The position numbers and the translations under genes are program-made. The notes beneath the pieces are model-generated. The model ran no database searches. It saw only the letters and a program-made list of their open reading frames with translations, and was not told the origin of the DNA. 57,885 bases of DNA from Perkinsus chesapeaki ATCC PRA-425 (taxonomy: Eukaryota; Protista; Perkinsozoa), in contig JAAPAO010000173.1 in NCBI GenBank assembly GCA_013115145.1, positions 1 through 57,885 on the forward strand. Direction: 5' to 3'. Shown here piece by piece: positions 24,033-37,433 of this stretch (positions within the stretch are counted from its first letter, which is position 1; the number at the start of each line of letters is the position of its first letter).

Positions 24033-25587
24033 TTACTCACCTGTGAAGACTTTATGCCAGACGAACTCCGCTATATAACATGGCATATCTCCCACCCCAC
24101 AGTCGGTGCCGTTCCAACCTTCTCGTATCAAATTATTCATATTCTCATAAAATTCTACCGAACGTCTCGCCATAGCATTTCGACTCACCACAAATTGACC
24201 ACAGCAATAGCTGCTCAAAAACTCATCGACTTTCAAACCTTCGCCGAATATCTTTTGATAAGCTTGAGCCAGACAATTCGTTCGCATTTCAAGATACCTT
24301 TCGTGATTAAGGTGGAGGAAGTCGCCACGGAACGTTCCCAACAAGATGCTTTTTGTAACTATATTTAAAAACGGCAACCTGAGGTGCCTCGGTGCATCAT
24401 CATGGAGAAAAACGACCAAATCCGGGAGGTCGGAGCGTGCATTTAGCAGGTAAAAAAGATACGCCGTGCATTCGCCGGTCATGAAGCCGTCAACTTCGTC
24501 TGTTGTATACTTGTTGAAGAAGACCTTTCCAAACGACAACTGATCGGTTAGATCTGCCAGAGAGAAATCCATGGGAAAATTCCCGCCACATTTATCAATA
24601 ATGTGCAAATGCCACGTACTGCCGATGGTTACGTTGCGTAACTGATAAGCTATCTTGAATCCTACCTGCTTCCACCTAAGATACCCACCCACGACAGAGT
24701 GTGATTGCATTTGGCGATCACGAAGTCGACGCGTAGCGCTGGCTGTCTTTCGTTGACGAATCTTTCCCGCTCCGATGAATAGGAAGCCCAGGCCTCAGCG
24801 ACAGGGAACATTGCGTACCTGGGCATAGGATCGAGCTTGACCTATTTCGCATCATGCACACATGGAGCTAAGATTCTCCTCGGAATTCGATCGCCTTCCC
24901 AATTCCTCAACGAATTCTTTAGCCTTGTTGGCATAATACTCCGCTGCAACCTGCCAATCGGGCGGAGCGAAGCGATTCACGTTTTACATTTATTGTTTTC
25001 CCCTCACCAGGCCGTCGGTCCCTAACCTGATTTCCGCCATCATTAACAACGACGTAACCAACAGACCGGGACAAGACAAAAAGGTATCAAACTGATCCTC
25101 TTCAGTAGTACTAAGGAGCCAGAATACCTGACCAAACTGACCCATTTTGCATCTTTCACGCTTCAACCTATGATACGACCTCTTCTATTGGTGGTCTAGC
25201 AAACTGATGCCCTGGTCTCGATGGTCGATAGTAGTCCAAAAGACGTGCCTAAAAATGGTTCTCTTCTTGACCTGACGAGTATCTTGCGCGCTCAAGCTCG
25301 AGATACCCACCTGGAGGTCCCAAGCAAGAACTTCGCTCCGCCGGCAAAGATAACCCTTCTCGTAAAAATCATGAGAGTCGCATATCTCTCCAATTTGCCG
25401 CAGCGTCCAGTAACATCCGACAAAAAATTCCTGAAAAATCACAAATTTTCGGAAAATTTTCGGGAAAAATTACTTTTCTCGCGTGACGCTCGATGAACTC
25501 GTCGGTATACTCCGTCACGAAATCGTCCTCCGGAGCAGATAGTACTATTTTGGAGAAAAGTAGGATAAACGTCGCCCACGGTGGCAT
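24033..25587 (-). CDS. DUF3431-family secreted or membrane-anchored protein, multi-exon
   Basis: GECTAYLFYLL..LPDLVVFLHD..SYCCGQFVVSR..R..EFY..EFVWHKVF matches the DUF3431 pattern. Signal peptide MPPWATFILLFSKIVLSA at 25587. Upstream exons are linked by short GT-AG introns. Confidence 0.75.
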
Positions 25588-25733
25588 TTTAGACTAGTCA
25601 AGAATGCCAGACAGAAATGCTGTCATTTAGCAATCTCGAATCACCTCTCCCGAGAGTCCAAAAAGTCCGCAAGTTGATCAGGCCGTATGCTCGGCGCGCA
25701 ACTCCTATAATATCGACCCCCGCTGAAAAGCAA

Positions 25734-27211
25734 CTAGTATACTGTAGTTCTCTTCTTTTCAGATGACCGCTTCTTCTTTTCAGATGACCGCTTCTTCTTT
25801 TCAGATGGCTGCTGTTTCGTAACTACCCTTCTTGGCTCAGAGCAATATGACTGTTCTGTGAGACTTTCTACTCCCAAAAAAATAACAATCCACTTTTCCT
25901 TCATTGACAGACCGTTCCCATTGACGGCGCTGAGGTATGCTAGAAAAGATGTTACTAAAGTGAGCACGTATTCTCAAAAATATATTGAATGATTTTATTG
26001 ATGTTATTGAGAATGATTTTTGTTCCAGATTCTTAAATAGTCGGTAAAAAGTTCATGTTCCTTTTTAAGGAGGTCGCCGAGGAACGCACTTGTCACACGC
26101 CGCCTTGCCGAACGTTTGGCTTGCTGAGCGAGAGAACGAAAGATTCGAATGACTGGAATAACATTTTAACAGCGTAAGAATAAACAATATAATCGATCGA
26201 CTGGAATAACATTTTAACAGTGTAAGAATAAACAATATAATCGATCGNNNNNNNNNNNNNNNNNNNNNNNNNNNNNNNNNNNNNNNNNNNNNNNNNNNNN
26301 NNNNNNNNNNNNNNNNNNNNNNNNNNNNNNNNNNNNNNNNNNNNNATAATCGATCGACTGGAATAACATTTTAACAGCGTAAGAATAAACAATATAATCG
26401 ATCGACTGGAATAACATTTCACTCTATTTCATTGACCAACTAAAAATAGTTGTCTCCAATGTACCTCAAATTGTTATATACGAAACGAAAACAATGAGCA
26501 ACATTCGATCTGGCCTGTTTCCTAGCAATGAGAACGTAAACGGATCATCCTTGTAGAATCTGACAGGAAAACCTCATTCGCATCTTGCGCGCTTCAACCT
26601 AAGATACCATCCAGCAAACTGATAAGAAACTTTCGTATCTTTCTATCTCATAAAGATATTTTTTCCTCACCTGATAATAAGGGCTCAACTTGAACTGTAG
26701 GGAACGGTACTAGTGACAGCGTTGCGTACCTATGGAAAGGAATCTTTGCGCATGCGTGCAGATTATTTCTTACCAACTAATTTTGCCGTCAGGATGGATA
26801 ACACTAACACCTTGACACTGAGAATCGGAGACGTCAAGAGAGGGAGGACGTCTCCTTGGTGTTCTGCAAAATATCCTCATGTTGAGCGTGCAAGATACAA
26901 AATAGGTCACCTCATCTGCTGGGGTACACCAAGCTTCTTCTCATCGTGAAAAGATGCTGAATTCACTTCCGAGCCAATCGGTCTGAAATTATATGCTCCT
27001 ACTAACTATCCTTAACATTAAAGAAAAGATTCATAAAATAATTAACCTTACGTCGATGTGCTTCGACTCGAGCCCTCAAAATGGTCTAATAAAACCTGTT
27101 AGGAGACAGTATGACACAGAAATCTGCACGCATGCGCAAGGATACCGTTTCGTGAAAGTCTGCCGCCAACGCAGTCGGGGGTTTCTTTTTCTTTTTCGAT
27201 GACGAAGTCAT
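25734..27211 (-). CDS. Hypothetical multi-exon protein (model uncertain)
   Basis: Chain of short exons (MTSSSKKKKKPPTALAADFHET; DEKKLGVPQQMRTPRRRPPSLDVSD) separated by GT-AG introns carrying the dispersed units. Whether 25734-25967 is the last exon is not established. Confidence 0.35.
26150..26420. repeat. 48-bp tandem repeat spanning an assembly gap (N run about 26248-26345)
   Basis: Unit AATCGATCGACTGGAATAACATTTTAACAGCGTAAGAATAAACAATAT is present on both sides of the gap. Confidence 0.9.
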
Positions 27212-27754
27212 AATGTACGATTCGATTAATAATAATAAACTTTCGGAAAAATTCAACGAAAATTTCCCATTTCTCAAATAAAGTTTTACTTACCGCTGCG
27301 CACCGCAATGGTATTCGCAGAGACGTAAACGCCGACGGAAAAAGTAGGAAATTTCACCAGATTTTTCACAAATTTTTGCCGAAAATTTCAGAAAAATCTG
27401 GTCGGTTTTTCAGATATTGAATAGGAAAAAGGTACGAAAAGCTAAAAGCAATAAAACAACGAAAGTTAAGAGTAAGAAAAGACGGGAAGTTGGAATTAAT
27501 AAAATGATAAATATAAGAATAAAATATACAATTAAGAATTCTCTGCGCTTTCCCTCAATTAAAAACTGCCTCAACTCAATAATATACGAGATTTAATAAA
27601 AGTAGCATTCAACTTCTTTACGCTATTTGCCGACTATATACGTCAGCAAGAACGAGTTTAGACTAATCACTCGGCACCGGGACATACTCTAATACGGGTT
27701 AAGTTACATCGACAGGAAATAAACATATTACAGTTGTTGGTTATATAGATTATT

Positions 27755-28195
27755 TCAGATTACTCCACAAAGATTAATTAATTGTGTCGCGCTTGAGCTC
27801 ACAGACGATTGAAAAACCATTATTGGTTTTTGAATTAATCGATTCTTCGATGCTACAACAGACCGTTCAATCGCTGGGATTTGCTCGGCAAACACCGAAA
27901 TATGCACAGTAATAGTCGAATTGTGGAAAAGTGAGACGGGGAGCAGCGGAGCGATGCAAAACAAGCAACGGGCTGCTGCAGGGGAAAATCACACCGATTG
28001 TTCGGCGATCGCCAATCACATGTTTAGGTTGAAATTCGGTCACCTGCAAGCAAAAGAACAATGTACGATTGAATACGATAATCACGGATTTGCGCATGCG
28101 TGCAATATGGGGACAGTGCACACAATCGATCTCACTTGCTGTGACAATGAAATGTCATTTTCAAACTTGAATTTACGATCTTCAGCAACATTCAT
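27755..28195 (-). CDS. Small hypothetical spliced gene
   Basis: Open segments MNVAEDRKFKFENDISLSQQ / VTEFQPKHVIGDRRTIG / VFAEQIPAIERSVVASKNRLIQKPIMVF are bounded by plausible splice sites. No family recognised. Confidence 0.3.
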
Positions 28196-29534
28196 TTTTC
28201 GGATTCGGAACGCTCAGCATTGGAAAATGCAATCAGGAAAGTGATGCAAGAAAAACAATTTCATCCGACGAATTACCGTCGAAGTCAAAAACCAGGATAA
28301 GATTCGCGATTTAGTAAACCATAAAAAATCAGAGTATTCGCAAGAAGTTCGATTGCGTAAAATCTCCAAAGGACAAAACATTTTCTGTCCAAGCGGAGTA
28401 TAGAAAAAAGGTAATCCGAACTTCCCATTCATTTAGTTACATTAGTAACCAAATATGTATATAAGTTACTACTACATAACTACTGTTACTATTAACTACT
28501 AATACTATAATAACTATCTGACTGACAGTTACAAGTTAATACGTACACATATTAAGTTGTGTTTTTCTACTTGAAAGATTATGTATATTCTTATTCGCAC
28601 TGGAAAAATAAGCTGTTCCTTACCTGTTATGCACACTGGCGACGATAACGACGGACATCAGATTTTACAGAGGACCTAAAAACGTACTCACCGGGGATCG
28701 AACCCACGACCTTTAAAGAGACGGAATTTCTTTATATGGATTTGTACTCAGTATCTAGTCGGAAGCATTATAGTGTCATTAGTCGTGATGATATCGAATC
28801 CCCAAGAGGTTAAATTAAGCTAGGACACCCAAGGTAGCTTCGGAAATATATAGATTTCGTTCGAGACTGTCGAAATCAGACATCCCGAGAAATCTATGAG
28901 TAACAAAAAATATCGATTATAGTGGGGTATCCGGCCTGTCTCATGGCGTAGGCAGAATTCTACCGCGGATCAATCTGATATGACAACTACCTGAACCCGC
29001 CCCAGCGACGCCCCTATACTGGTCGAAGGGGACAGGTTGCACAAAAAGAAGAGAAATTATGACAATCTCGCGACGATATCACAGTAAAATTAGAACGATT
29101 GACCAGCCAACTAGCTCAACAGTGGGAGCCGGCTCGATTGGGAGGAACCAAAAAGTAATCATTTGTATCAAGGCGATTGGGAACCTCTATTTCTCTTCAG
29201 TGATATAAAAATAGGTGGTGGAAAAGGAAAGGATATTGGCAAGCAATTCATCAATCTAACTAGATTCTAAACCGCCCTCTAAACGCGTGCAGATTGTGAC
29301 AGTTCCAGTTTTTGATTCCGGGCGAGCGAGATTTTCAGCAGTCACATGACAGTTTATATCAGTATCGTAAAAAAGTTGTTCTCACAAAATATCAAGCCCT
29401 AGCTCTTTCTCGTCAGTAGTTTATGCTCAAAAGTGTAGAGGTCGTATTATTTTGTGAGGGGGTTTATATCAACAATTTTAGTGTGGAACAATCACTCCAT
29501 TGAAATATATTTATATATTTCAGAGCAACTCAAT

Positions 29535-31750
29535 CATCAAACATGCCTACGCACTGAGTTAGTCCGGCAATAGTGACTTGTGGTATATCCTCTTCATCAG
29601 TAATAATCCTGAGATACTAATCGATCACGTGATCGATTTAGAAATAGTTTACCTGATCTTAACGAATTTGTTTCGACTAGAATGTCGAGGCGGTGTCTTT
29701 CCGGCCACATCGCTATCGGCGACTTTGCGCGGTTTCAAACGGGAAGACTCAGCAAGTAAGGACGACCTGAAAATGTATCTTAGGTTCAAGCTTGCAGTTC
29801 ACATTCGAGCCTGAAGATACTCACTTATCGCTGGCACTTTCAAATTCATGACGGTCGCCGATTTTACGGCAGCAGCCAGCTATCGGCAAACAACACAGAG
29901 GTTTGGGCCTGAAGGAATCTTAGGTTGAACCGTGCAAGATATAAAACATGTCAAAACATGTCAACTTGTGTCGTTCACATTTCGCGAAGCTTCACAGGAA
30001 TCTCAGCTTGAAGCATGCAAGATGCGCCAGATGTTAAAACGACGCCTTTCTCACCTAACCCCGTGCCTGTCGCCTTCGTCTTCAACAACAATCAGTTTTG
30101 GCCCACATCGCGGTCCTACTTCTCCCTGACCACAAAAATCTTTGCAGTGCGAAAAGATACTCCTCACCTTCGTATCTTTTAAATCACTCACTGAGGGTTC
30201 GATAATCGGGGAGAATGCCATCTTAGAGAACAAAATCTTCAAAGTGTGGAAAGATAAAAAACAGAGACAAATCTTCACAGTGCCGAAAGATACGAAACAG
30301 TGAAAAATCTTCACAGTGCGGAAGAATACGAAACAGTGAAAAATCTTGACAGTGCAGAAGGATACGAAACAGAGAAAAACCTTCACAGTGCGGAAAGATA
30401 CGAAACAGAGACAAATCTTCACAGTGCGAAAAGATACACTTCAAACTCAACTCAGCAACATACTTTAACACACTTCCACGAAATACCTTCATACTTAATG
30501 TCAATGTAAAAAGCGCTCGCCCGATTGATCGATTATTTATTAGTAAAATAAAAAAGGAAATATATAATAATAAAGGCATGCACGTGCGGTAATCCTTTCA
30601 CCCGGGTTCGAATCCCAGCGGCGACATCAATTCAGCGACTTGGACCGTGCAGGGCGATGCATGCCAAAAATTATTATATAAAAACAGCCGATCGATTTAA
30701 TGAAACGGCTAAAAGATATAATTCGCAAATCGATCAAGTGATCGATAAATAGAAGATTAAAATTTACCTGAAAAAATATCTTTTCCCAATTTATCAAGTT
30801 TGGTTTACCTCATGAAGTTGAACGCCTCGGACGGGCGCCGGTAGTGAAAGAATCGACTAAAATCCTGAAGAAGACGGAATCGATCACGCGATCGATTATA
30901 CTTCATACTTGATGATCTGGAATTTTGAGATTTCTAATTAAGCATTCATTCGGCCTTTCGCCAGCGGGGAGATGTGTTACTAGTGCTTTAGCGTCCTCTT
31001 TAAAGGGAGTCCTCCTAATGGCAACTCTACCAGTTCTTCCTCATTGCGACTAGGGATAGATACCTCCGCAAAGATCCCAAGCGCAACGCACTGTGAAGAA
31101 TTATATAACTCTGCACGCATGCGCAATTCAGCGCCTCCCAAATGGCAACTACAGGAGCCCTTTTAGGAAAAACCTGTGAAATTGGATTCTATTTTCTAAT
31201 GAAAGATAAGCTAATCACAGACTTTGCAACTCGCAAATGTCGCAACGACTTCGTATATCAATTACATGCCAGGGGTGTCTTCCCAACACAAAAAATTTGC
31301 ACGCATGCGCATGCGGCACAATTCCAAATATGCGTTTCATTCAGCTGTTCAAAACGCGAGTTCTCGGACATGGCCACTCTGTCGGCGAGCCAATCCCATG
31401 GAAGCTCACCCACGGCGGTCTCAAACTTTTTAAAAAGGACACTAAGTCATCAAATAAGGGGACAGACTACACAATCATCTTGCACGCATGCGCAAGTGCA
31501 ACCTGTTTGAACAGATCAGAAAAATGTTGTGAATTATTTTGCGAGATTTGTCGTTGCAAAATATCTGTGAAAGTTCGACCATTTCTCGCACTGTGAAGAT
31601 TTCCGATCTTACTCGACTCGTCGTTTCTCAGTTGGTGTCCTCGCCGAATTCGATCGATTTCGAATCACCAAAGCAGGCAATCTGAACATCTCCGATCCAC
31701 TAAAAACAGATAAATACAAAAATGCCAAACATGGAACAATTTTACAGCGG
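29535..31750 (-). CDS. Hypothetical multi-exon protein (model uncertain)
   Basis: The last exons splice in phase (..HEFESASDK/SSLLAESSRLKPRK..NKFVKIR/IITDEEDIPQVTIAGLTQCVGMFDD*). Upstream exons and start are not resolved. Confidence 0.35.
30231..30438. repeat. 36-bp minisatellite with core AAATCTTCACAGTGCGAAAAGATAC
   Basis: About 6 degenerate copies plus an isolated copy near 30137-30162. It produces the spurious repetitive ORFs in the track. Confidence 0.85.
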
Positions 31751-31819
31751 AGCGTTGCATTCATCAACAACGATAACGGTCCTTCTGCTTGAAGCGAGAG
31801 ATGCATCCTAAAAGGAACA

Positions 31820-32062
31820 GTATCTTTACGCACTATAAAGATTTTATTCGGTATCTTTACGCACTATAAAGATTTAATTCGGTATCTTTAAGCACTATAA
31901 AGATTTAATTCGGTATCTTTACGCACTATAAAGATTTTATTCGGTATCTTTACGCACTATAAAGATTTAATTCGGTATCTTTACGCACTATAAAGATTTT
32001 ATTTGGTATCTTTACGCACTATAAAGATCTTATTTGGTATATTTACGCACTATAATGATTTA
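31820..32062. repeat. 31-bp minisatellite (GGTATCTTTACGCACTATAAAGATTTTATTC)n
   Basis: About 8 tandem copies read directly. Confidence 0.95.
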
Positions 32063-32962
32063 TCCCACTCACATTCAAAGAAGATCGCCTTCTCATCATT
32101 TTCGTTTTTATTTCCGCGAGGGGCAGAGTCGGCACGAAACTCGATGATGGCATTACAGATGAAAAACAGTTAACCTCAAAAATATCTTAGCGCTCCCTCA
32201 TGAGGCATATCTTAGCTTAAAGCGCGTAAGATACAGAAAATGTCACTCCCTCGCCTACTGTATACACCAGAATTTTCACGACAAAGATAAAAAATGCGAA
32301 AATAAATTTGACACGATACACACAAAACATAGTTCCGTATGTCTCTTTATTTGATGCTCGCATCAACCTAAGATTCTCTCAGAAGTAATGCACTTGATTT
32401 TCTCAGTTAAAGATGTTAAGAAAATTTCTCAACGTCTTTAAAGAAATATGTTTATATGTTTGTATATATAATTCATTTCTTAAAGGAATAATTAAAGTAT
32501 TCTTCCAACAGTGTTGTTCATCCTGCGTCACGAAAAAGGCCACGTGCTCCTAGATTGAAAGATATAATGGAAACCTGACTTCCGAAAGACTATTCCCGAA
32601 CAATTTTTCCCAAATTTTTCCGAAATTTTTCCGAAATTCTTCTGAATAAGTACCCCAGCGCTGTCCCATTCGCACAATATCAAAGCAAAGCAGTCATTAA
32701 ATTATTTCCAAAAATGTTTAAACGAATAAATTGCCCTGAAGTAATATTTCAACAGATTGCCAATTGAAATCTCAACTCAACACATTCGATCATTTTAATA
32801 CTACTAGAGCGCCGACCAGCGAAATGAAAGAATAATAACGTGCACAAACAGTAGGTCGAGCAGTGATATAAACAACGTATCTTTTATCGATCACCTGATC
32901 GATTTGAACCAGCAAAACCAATCAAACCAACTTCATCATCTCTACACAGTCTCCTTATGAAT

Positions 32963-35950
32963 TTAATACTCATCAACTGCACATTCGGGAGTCGGTTCTT
33001 CCCGCCTTTCGATCGGTTTGGTCATTTGGGGCGGAGCGGCTTCGTTGGTGAGAAGCTCGAGATCGAGTGCTCCGTCATGCTTTACAATATGCTCTGAAAG
33101 GCAGTAGCTGACCCATTATGTATCGTGCATGCTTCAACATAAGATATTTCAAGCGACACAGTTGAATAAACCGAAAAAACTAGAATAGCCTCCCTCAACT
33201 ATCAAATCGATCACGTGATCGATTATCACTCACCGAGCGATTCCGTCAACAACTGAATCTCATTTCCTAACTGCGTCAGATCAGGTTTCAACAGAAACTT
33301 CACAGACTTCATCCTGATCGAAACACAAATCGATCAACTGGGCGCGCTTTTCACTCACCAACTGTTCGCAGTTCTCCTCGTGGGAATGTTGCCAAGCGTG
33401 ACTCTCATCAAAGCCTCACGCTCATGCGGGGAATCTCCAATAGAGATAACGTTCCTCCACGACCTGAGGAAATATCTTAGCTCGAAGCGTGCAAGGTACA
33501 CAATAGCTCAACTCGTACCTATGCATAGCCGAGCTGTTCCAAAAATTAACCGCTGTGCTTGACGGTTGCTCAAGAAACTGTGGCCCACTCCCACTAACAG
33601 GCGTCGCACCTTGGAATTCATAATCGATCGCGTGATCGATTTGGATACTCACATCTCTGACCGTCAATGATATCCCTAAAAGCATGTGCCTTCCACCCCG
33701 CCGGGCTTTTTATTCCCGTATGCTCAAACGCACCTAAAATGACAACAAAATCTTGCAATCTTGCTCTTCCTTCCATTTCCTCAACGCAGAAAACCCTGTT
33801 CCGCCTACTTCTAGCACTGCAAATCTGAACTGCCAAATCTTGCAAAAGTGGCTCCAACGAGGGAAGCCATTTTCGGCAGGAAAGTTCAAACCATCCATCC
33901 TGAGGGAAAAATATTTTTCGCGGAAAAAATCTCAGTTTTTTTCTCAGGAAAAATTTATTGAATAATTTTTACATAATTTTTCCAAGAAAAAAATACCGAA
34001 ATTTAAAAAAATAATTCCGGTCAAGTAATTCAACTGTCTCCAATACTCGTCCCCAAGAAAGGAACAATTTTCCCGGAAATTTTCCGGGAAAATTTGGGAT
34101 TTTTTTTCATACCAGAAATGCTATACATCATATTTCCATGCACGCATTGAAAACATCACTTCGCGTTTCAGATTTACTTTTTTAATTTTCCAGAAATTTT
34201 CCGAAAAATTTCCGAAAATTTTCCGAAAATTTTCTGCTCACCTGCGCGTTTGTAACAATGACGACCTTCCCCAACGAAGCGGCAACGCGGACCATCTTAG
34301 CCGCCATTTCAGCGAGCTCTGCCAAAGGGTCGATGAACTGCTCAGGTACGAACGGATCGCAAACCTAAATAAATCCGTGAAACGAAACTCGCTTCGCTCC
34401 GCTAGAAAATGCTTCTCTATTGTGGATACAATGCGAAAATGAACAGCTTCGATTCGTTTTTTTCAATGGGAAAGTTGCAATGAATACACTTGCGAGCATA
34501 TAGAAATGTGCAAAACATCTCCGGCAGATTTTTAGGCGAATTCGGAACTTCTCGCGGATGTGAAAATTATTGAGAGCAGAAAGATTTCGCGGAGGTTGAA
34601 TTCCCGAAAAACAAGATTTGGCTGAACAAATTCAAGAGAGATCCAGAGCGGTTAAAGTATTAAGGGCACTGGCAGGCTCGGAAAAACTTAGGAAGAAAAA
34701 ACGCTTCGCTCCGCCTTACGTTCAATCCATTTAATTTCGCCCAAGTGGTCGGACAAATAGTATCATCCCAATCAAAGATAACCAAAGTCTGAGCTCGAGC
34801 TGGCGTGCCTGAAAGATACTTTTGAGCTCAACTTGCCTGCACCCCTTCTACTTGGTGTGGCAGCACAAGCCTCCTTCAAAGGAGTCGGAGTGGCGCCAAC
34901 TGCAGTACTGAAAAAAAAGAAATTTTTCCACGGAAAAAAATACGAAAATCACCAAGGAGGAATCTGGAATAATTTCAAAAAGGTGAAGAAATGTTTAAAA
35001 AATATATTGTAACATTCAGGGTTCAAATGAGTGAAAAATTATCACACGAATCTTAGGTTGATTCTTGCACCGAACAATCTGAAGCGATTTGAACAGCAGT
35101 AAAATTTATTAAATTTCGAAATCCTAAATGTTCGTGATCGGCGAGCCAACTTGACATTGAGAGACGTAACCCCCGGATGGCATGGGAAAGTTTTGGTAGA
35201 ATTAAACTGGCGAGAGTTCTTCCTTATTGATACCATCCAACTTTTAAAACTCCCCGCTTTACCTTCCATTTGAGATATCCCCTTCTTTCTCCTCTCCAGG
35301 TGTCATAGGTTGATCCGCGTCTTTTTCATCTCGCAAAGATTCCTTTGGTGTCATCATGACTCGACTGCGACTCTCCACATGGGGAAATGTTGCTGTGGGG
35401 AAGTCTGAGAGTAATATCGATCGTTTGATCGATTTCGAACTGACAACGTGTTATACTGCTATGTAGGCCTTTTGGAATATCGATCACGTGATCGATTCAC
35501 AGATCAATAAATTCAACCATACTGTCTCCCTAGACTTATTTTACAATATCGATTACTCGATCGATTTGCTCAACCTACAGTTATTCTGATCAGTTCTATG
35601 ATGATCCTCTCCCAGCGGACTCAACACGTCTCGACTCTCATCCTCATCACTTCCGAACACCATCGGGTCTGAATCTAACTCTAGGCATCTACGGGTACCT
35701 GAATCGATCACGTGATCGATTTAGAACAGCTAACCAAGCTAACGGCTTCGGCATATCCTAGGTCCGACCTTGCAAGACGAATAGAACTCCAATCAAAAAG
35801 GAATATAAAACATATCTTAGCTCGAAGCGTACAAGATACAAGATAGCTCAATTCCCTACCTCTCCCCGGAACAGGTGTACTCTGCTGAAGATCTTCCATC
35901 GAAATCGGTTGCTCCTCATCAATTGATTTTTCCTCGCCGGCAAACATGCA
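32963..35950 (-). CDS. HAD-like DWDDT-family protein (type seen in alveolates and oomycetes), multi-exon
   Basis: Spliced motifs in order: TLVIFDWDDTICPTTW, GKVVIVTNA, GWFELSCRKWLP, ICSAR, WKAHAF, NVISIGDSPHEREAL, KSVKFLLKP, EHIVKHDGALDL. Introns at 33610-33652, 33464-33518, 33314-33358 and 33094-33233. The 5' part (34900-35950) is micro-exonic and unresolved. Confidence 0.75.
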
Positions 35951-36018
35951 AAACCAATCACCACCCAAAACTACAAATCGATCACGTGATCGATTTCACC
36001 AAACCCAACCCATCATTC

Positions 36019-37296
36019 TCAAGAAACCTTTCCAATCCGTCTCAAAGGCGCCCGCAAACTACACTTCATCGCAGCCCACTCAGCGCGCCCTCCCTCATGT
36101 TCCCATTCAAATCTGTGCGTCGCTCCGCTAAATTGTGTTGCATGTTTCACATTTTCCTTCGACACTATCGTAACGATCGCCGACGGCATTTCCCCCAATT
36201 TTATTTTTCTAACATGGACGACTTTCCATCCTTCGACAAGCGAATCTTCCACGATTTCAACCAGATCCTCTTTTGTCAGAAGCACCTAAAAAAGCTATAC
36301 CAAATCGATCAAGTGATCGATTATTACCATAACACCCTCTCGTCTGCAAACCCTGCCAAATTCGGCCAACGTTCGCCGATAAATATCTTCCAATTTCTCA
36401 GGGTCTCCCGCGCACCATTGAACTCCAAACGGCAGGTCCGAAATTATCAAATCAAAAATATCTTTTCGGAAATTCAACCTCCGCGAATCTTCCAAGATTC
36501 CATCCACTTTCGCATCCGCAAGAAAATCCAAATTCGCCAAAAATTTCGTCATCTGTTGCCGACTAGAATCGCTTCCGATCGCCCAACTCCCTCCACTCCG
36601 CTCAAAAATCGTCGCGCCAGTTCCACAGAACGCATCCAAAACAGTCAGGTTACCAATTTCTTGCGCGCCACAAATTTCTGTTATGAACCTTGCTTGCCTA
36701 TTCATCGCCCAGGCCACAGGACCAGAGAGACCAACACATTTTCGCTCGCCCGATTGATCGATTCGAACCATCACGGGAATATCAATAATAATCCAATCAT
36801 CATTCATAAATATCCTCACCACAACCTGCGGTTTAGGGGAAACTCGCGCTTGCCACGTTTTCAACCTCTCGGGTATCATGCACGCTGCAAGCTTAGATAC
36901 GTCAAATGACGATATCGATGCGAATCTCTTCCCTTTCCTCTGAGTTTCGACCTTGAAATCGATCACCTGATCGATTTTCGCATCCATCGCCGTTCTCACT
37001 TTCTCATCGACTCCTTCCCAATCTACACCATCCAAATAATCGCGTATCTTTTCATGTGGATAATCCTCGCTTGAAGCTTCGCATAAAAGATTCAAACAAA
37101 TCTTTTCCTGCAATTTTATATCCGACTTCAATATTTCAGTCAAATCGCCATCGAAATAAATTCTCTGTCGAGGTCCGGAAAAAATTATTTTTTCCGAATT
37201 TATTTTTTCCCGGATTTCCCAAAGCGCACGCGTGCTCATTCCAACACCTGTGCTAAACGTCGAACAAAACTGCGATGTAATACGAGGAGCTGGCAT
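36019..37296 (-). CDS. THUMP-domain SAM-dependent RNA methyltransferase (THUMPD2/THUMPD3-like)
   Basis: THUMP-like FKVETQRKG..WQA..IPV, then VAWAM, motif I VLDAFCGTG, motif IV-like IISDLPFG and EFGRVCRREGVM/VLLT. The last join is a 42-nt intron at 36286-36327. Confidence 0.85.
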
Positions 37297-37433
37297 GAAA
37301 TAAAGCTAATCAAAATCGATTACGCGATCGATTTGCCCAATTATCATCAACACAAAACACTTCTCATCCAACACCTAGTAAATTTCGTTAAAAAAACATA
37401 TCCAAGCTCCAAGCATGCAAAGTACAAAATAAC

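Noticed and set aside
30051-30579. Repetitive ORFs (HCEDFSL.., NLHSAE..) and ORFs 26093-26422
   Set aside because: They are translations of minisatellites, some running through an N gap.
30575-30630. Intact tRNA at the GGGTTCGAATCCC site
   Set aside because: Only the T-arm is present. No D-arm, anticodon arm or acceptor pairing could be built.
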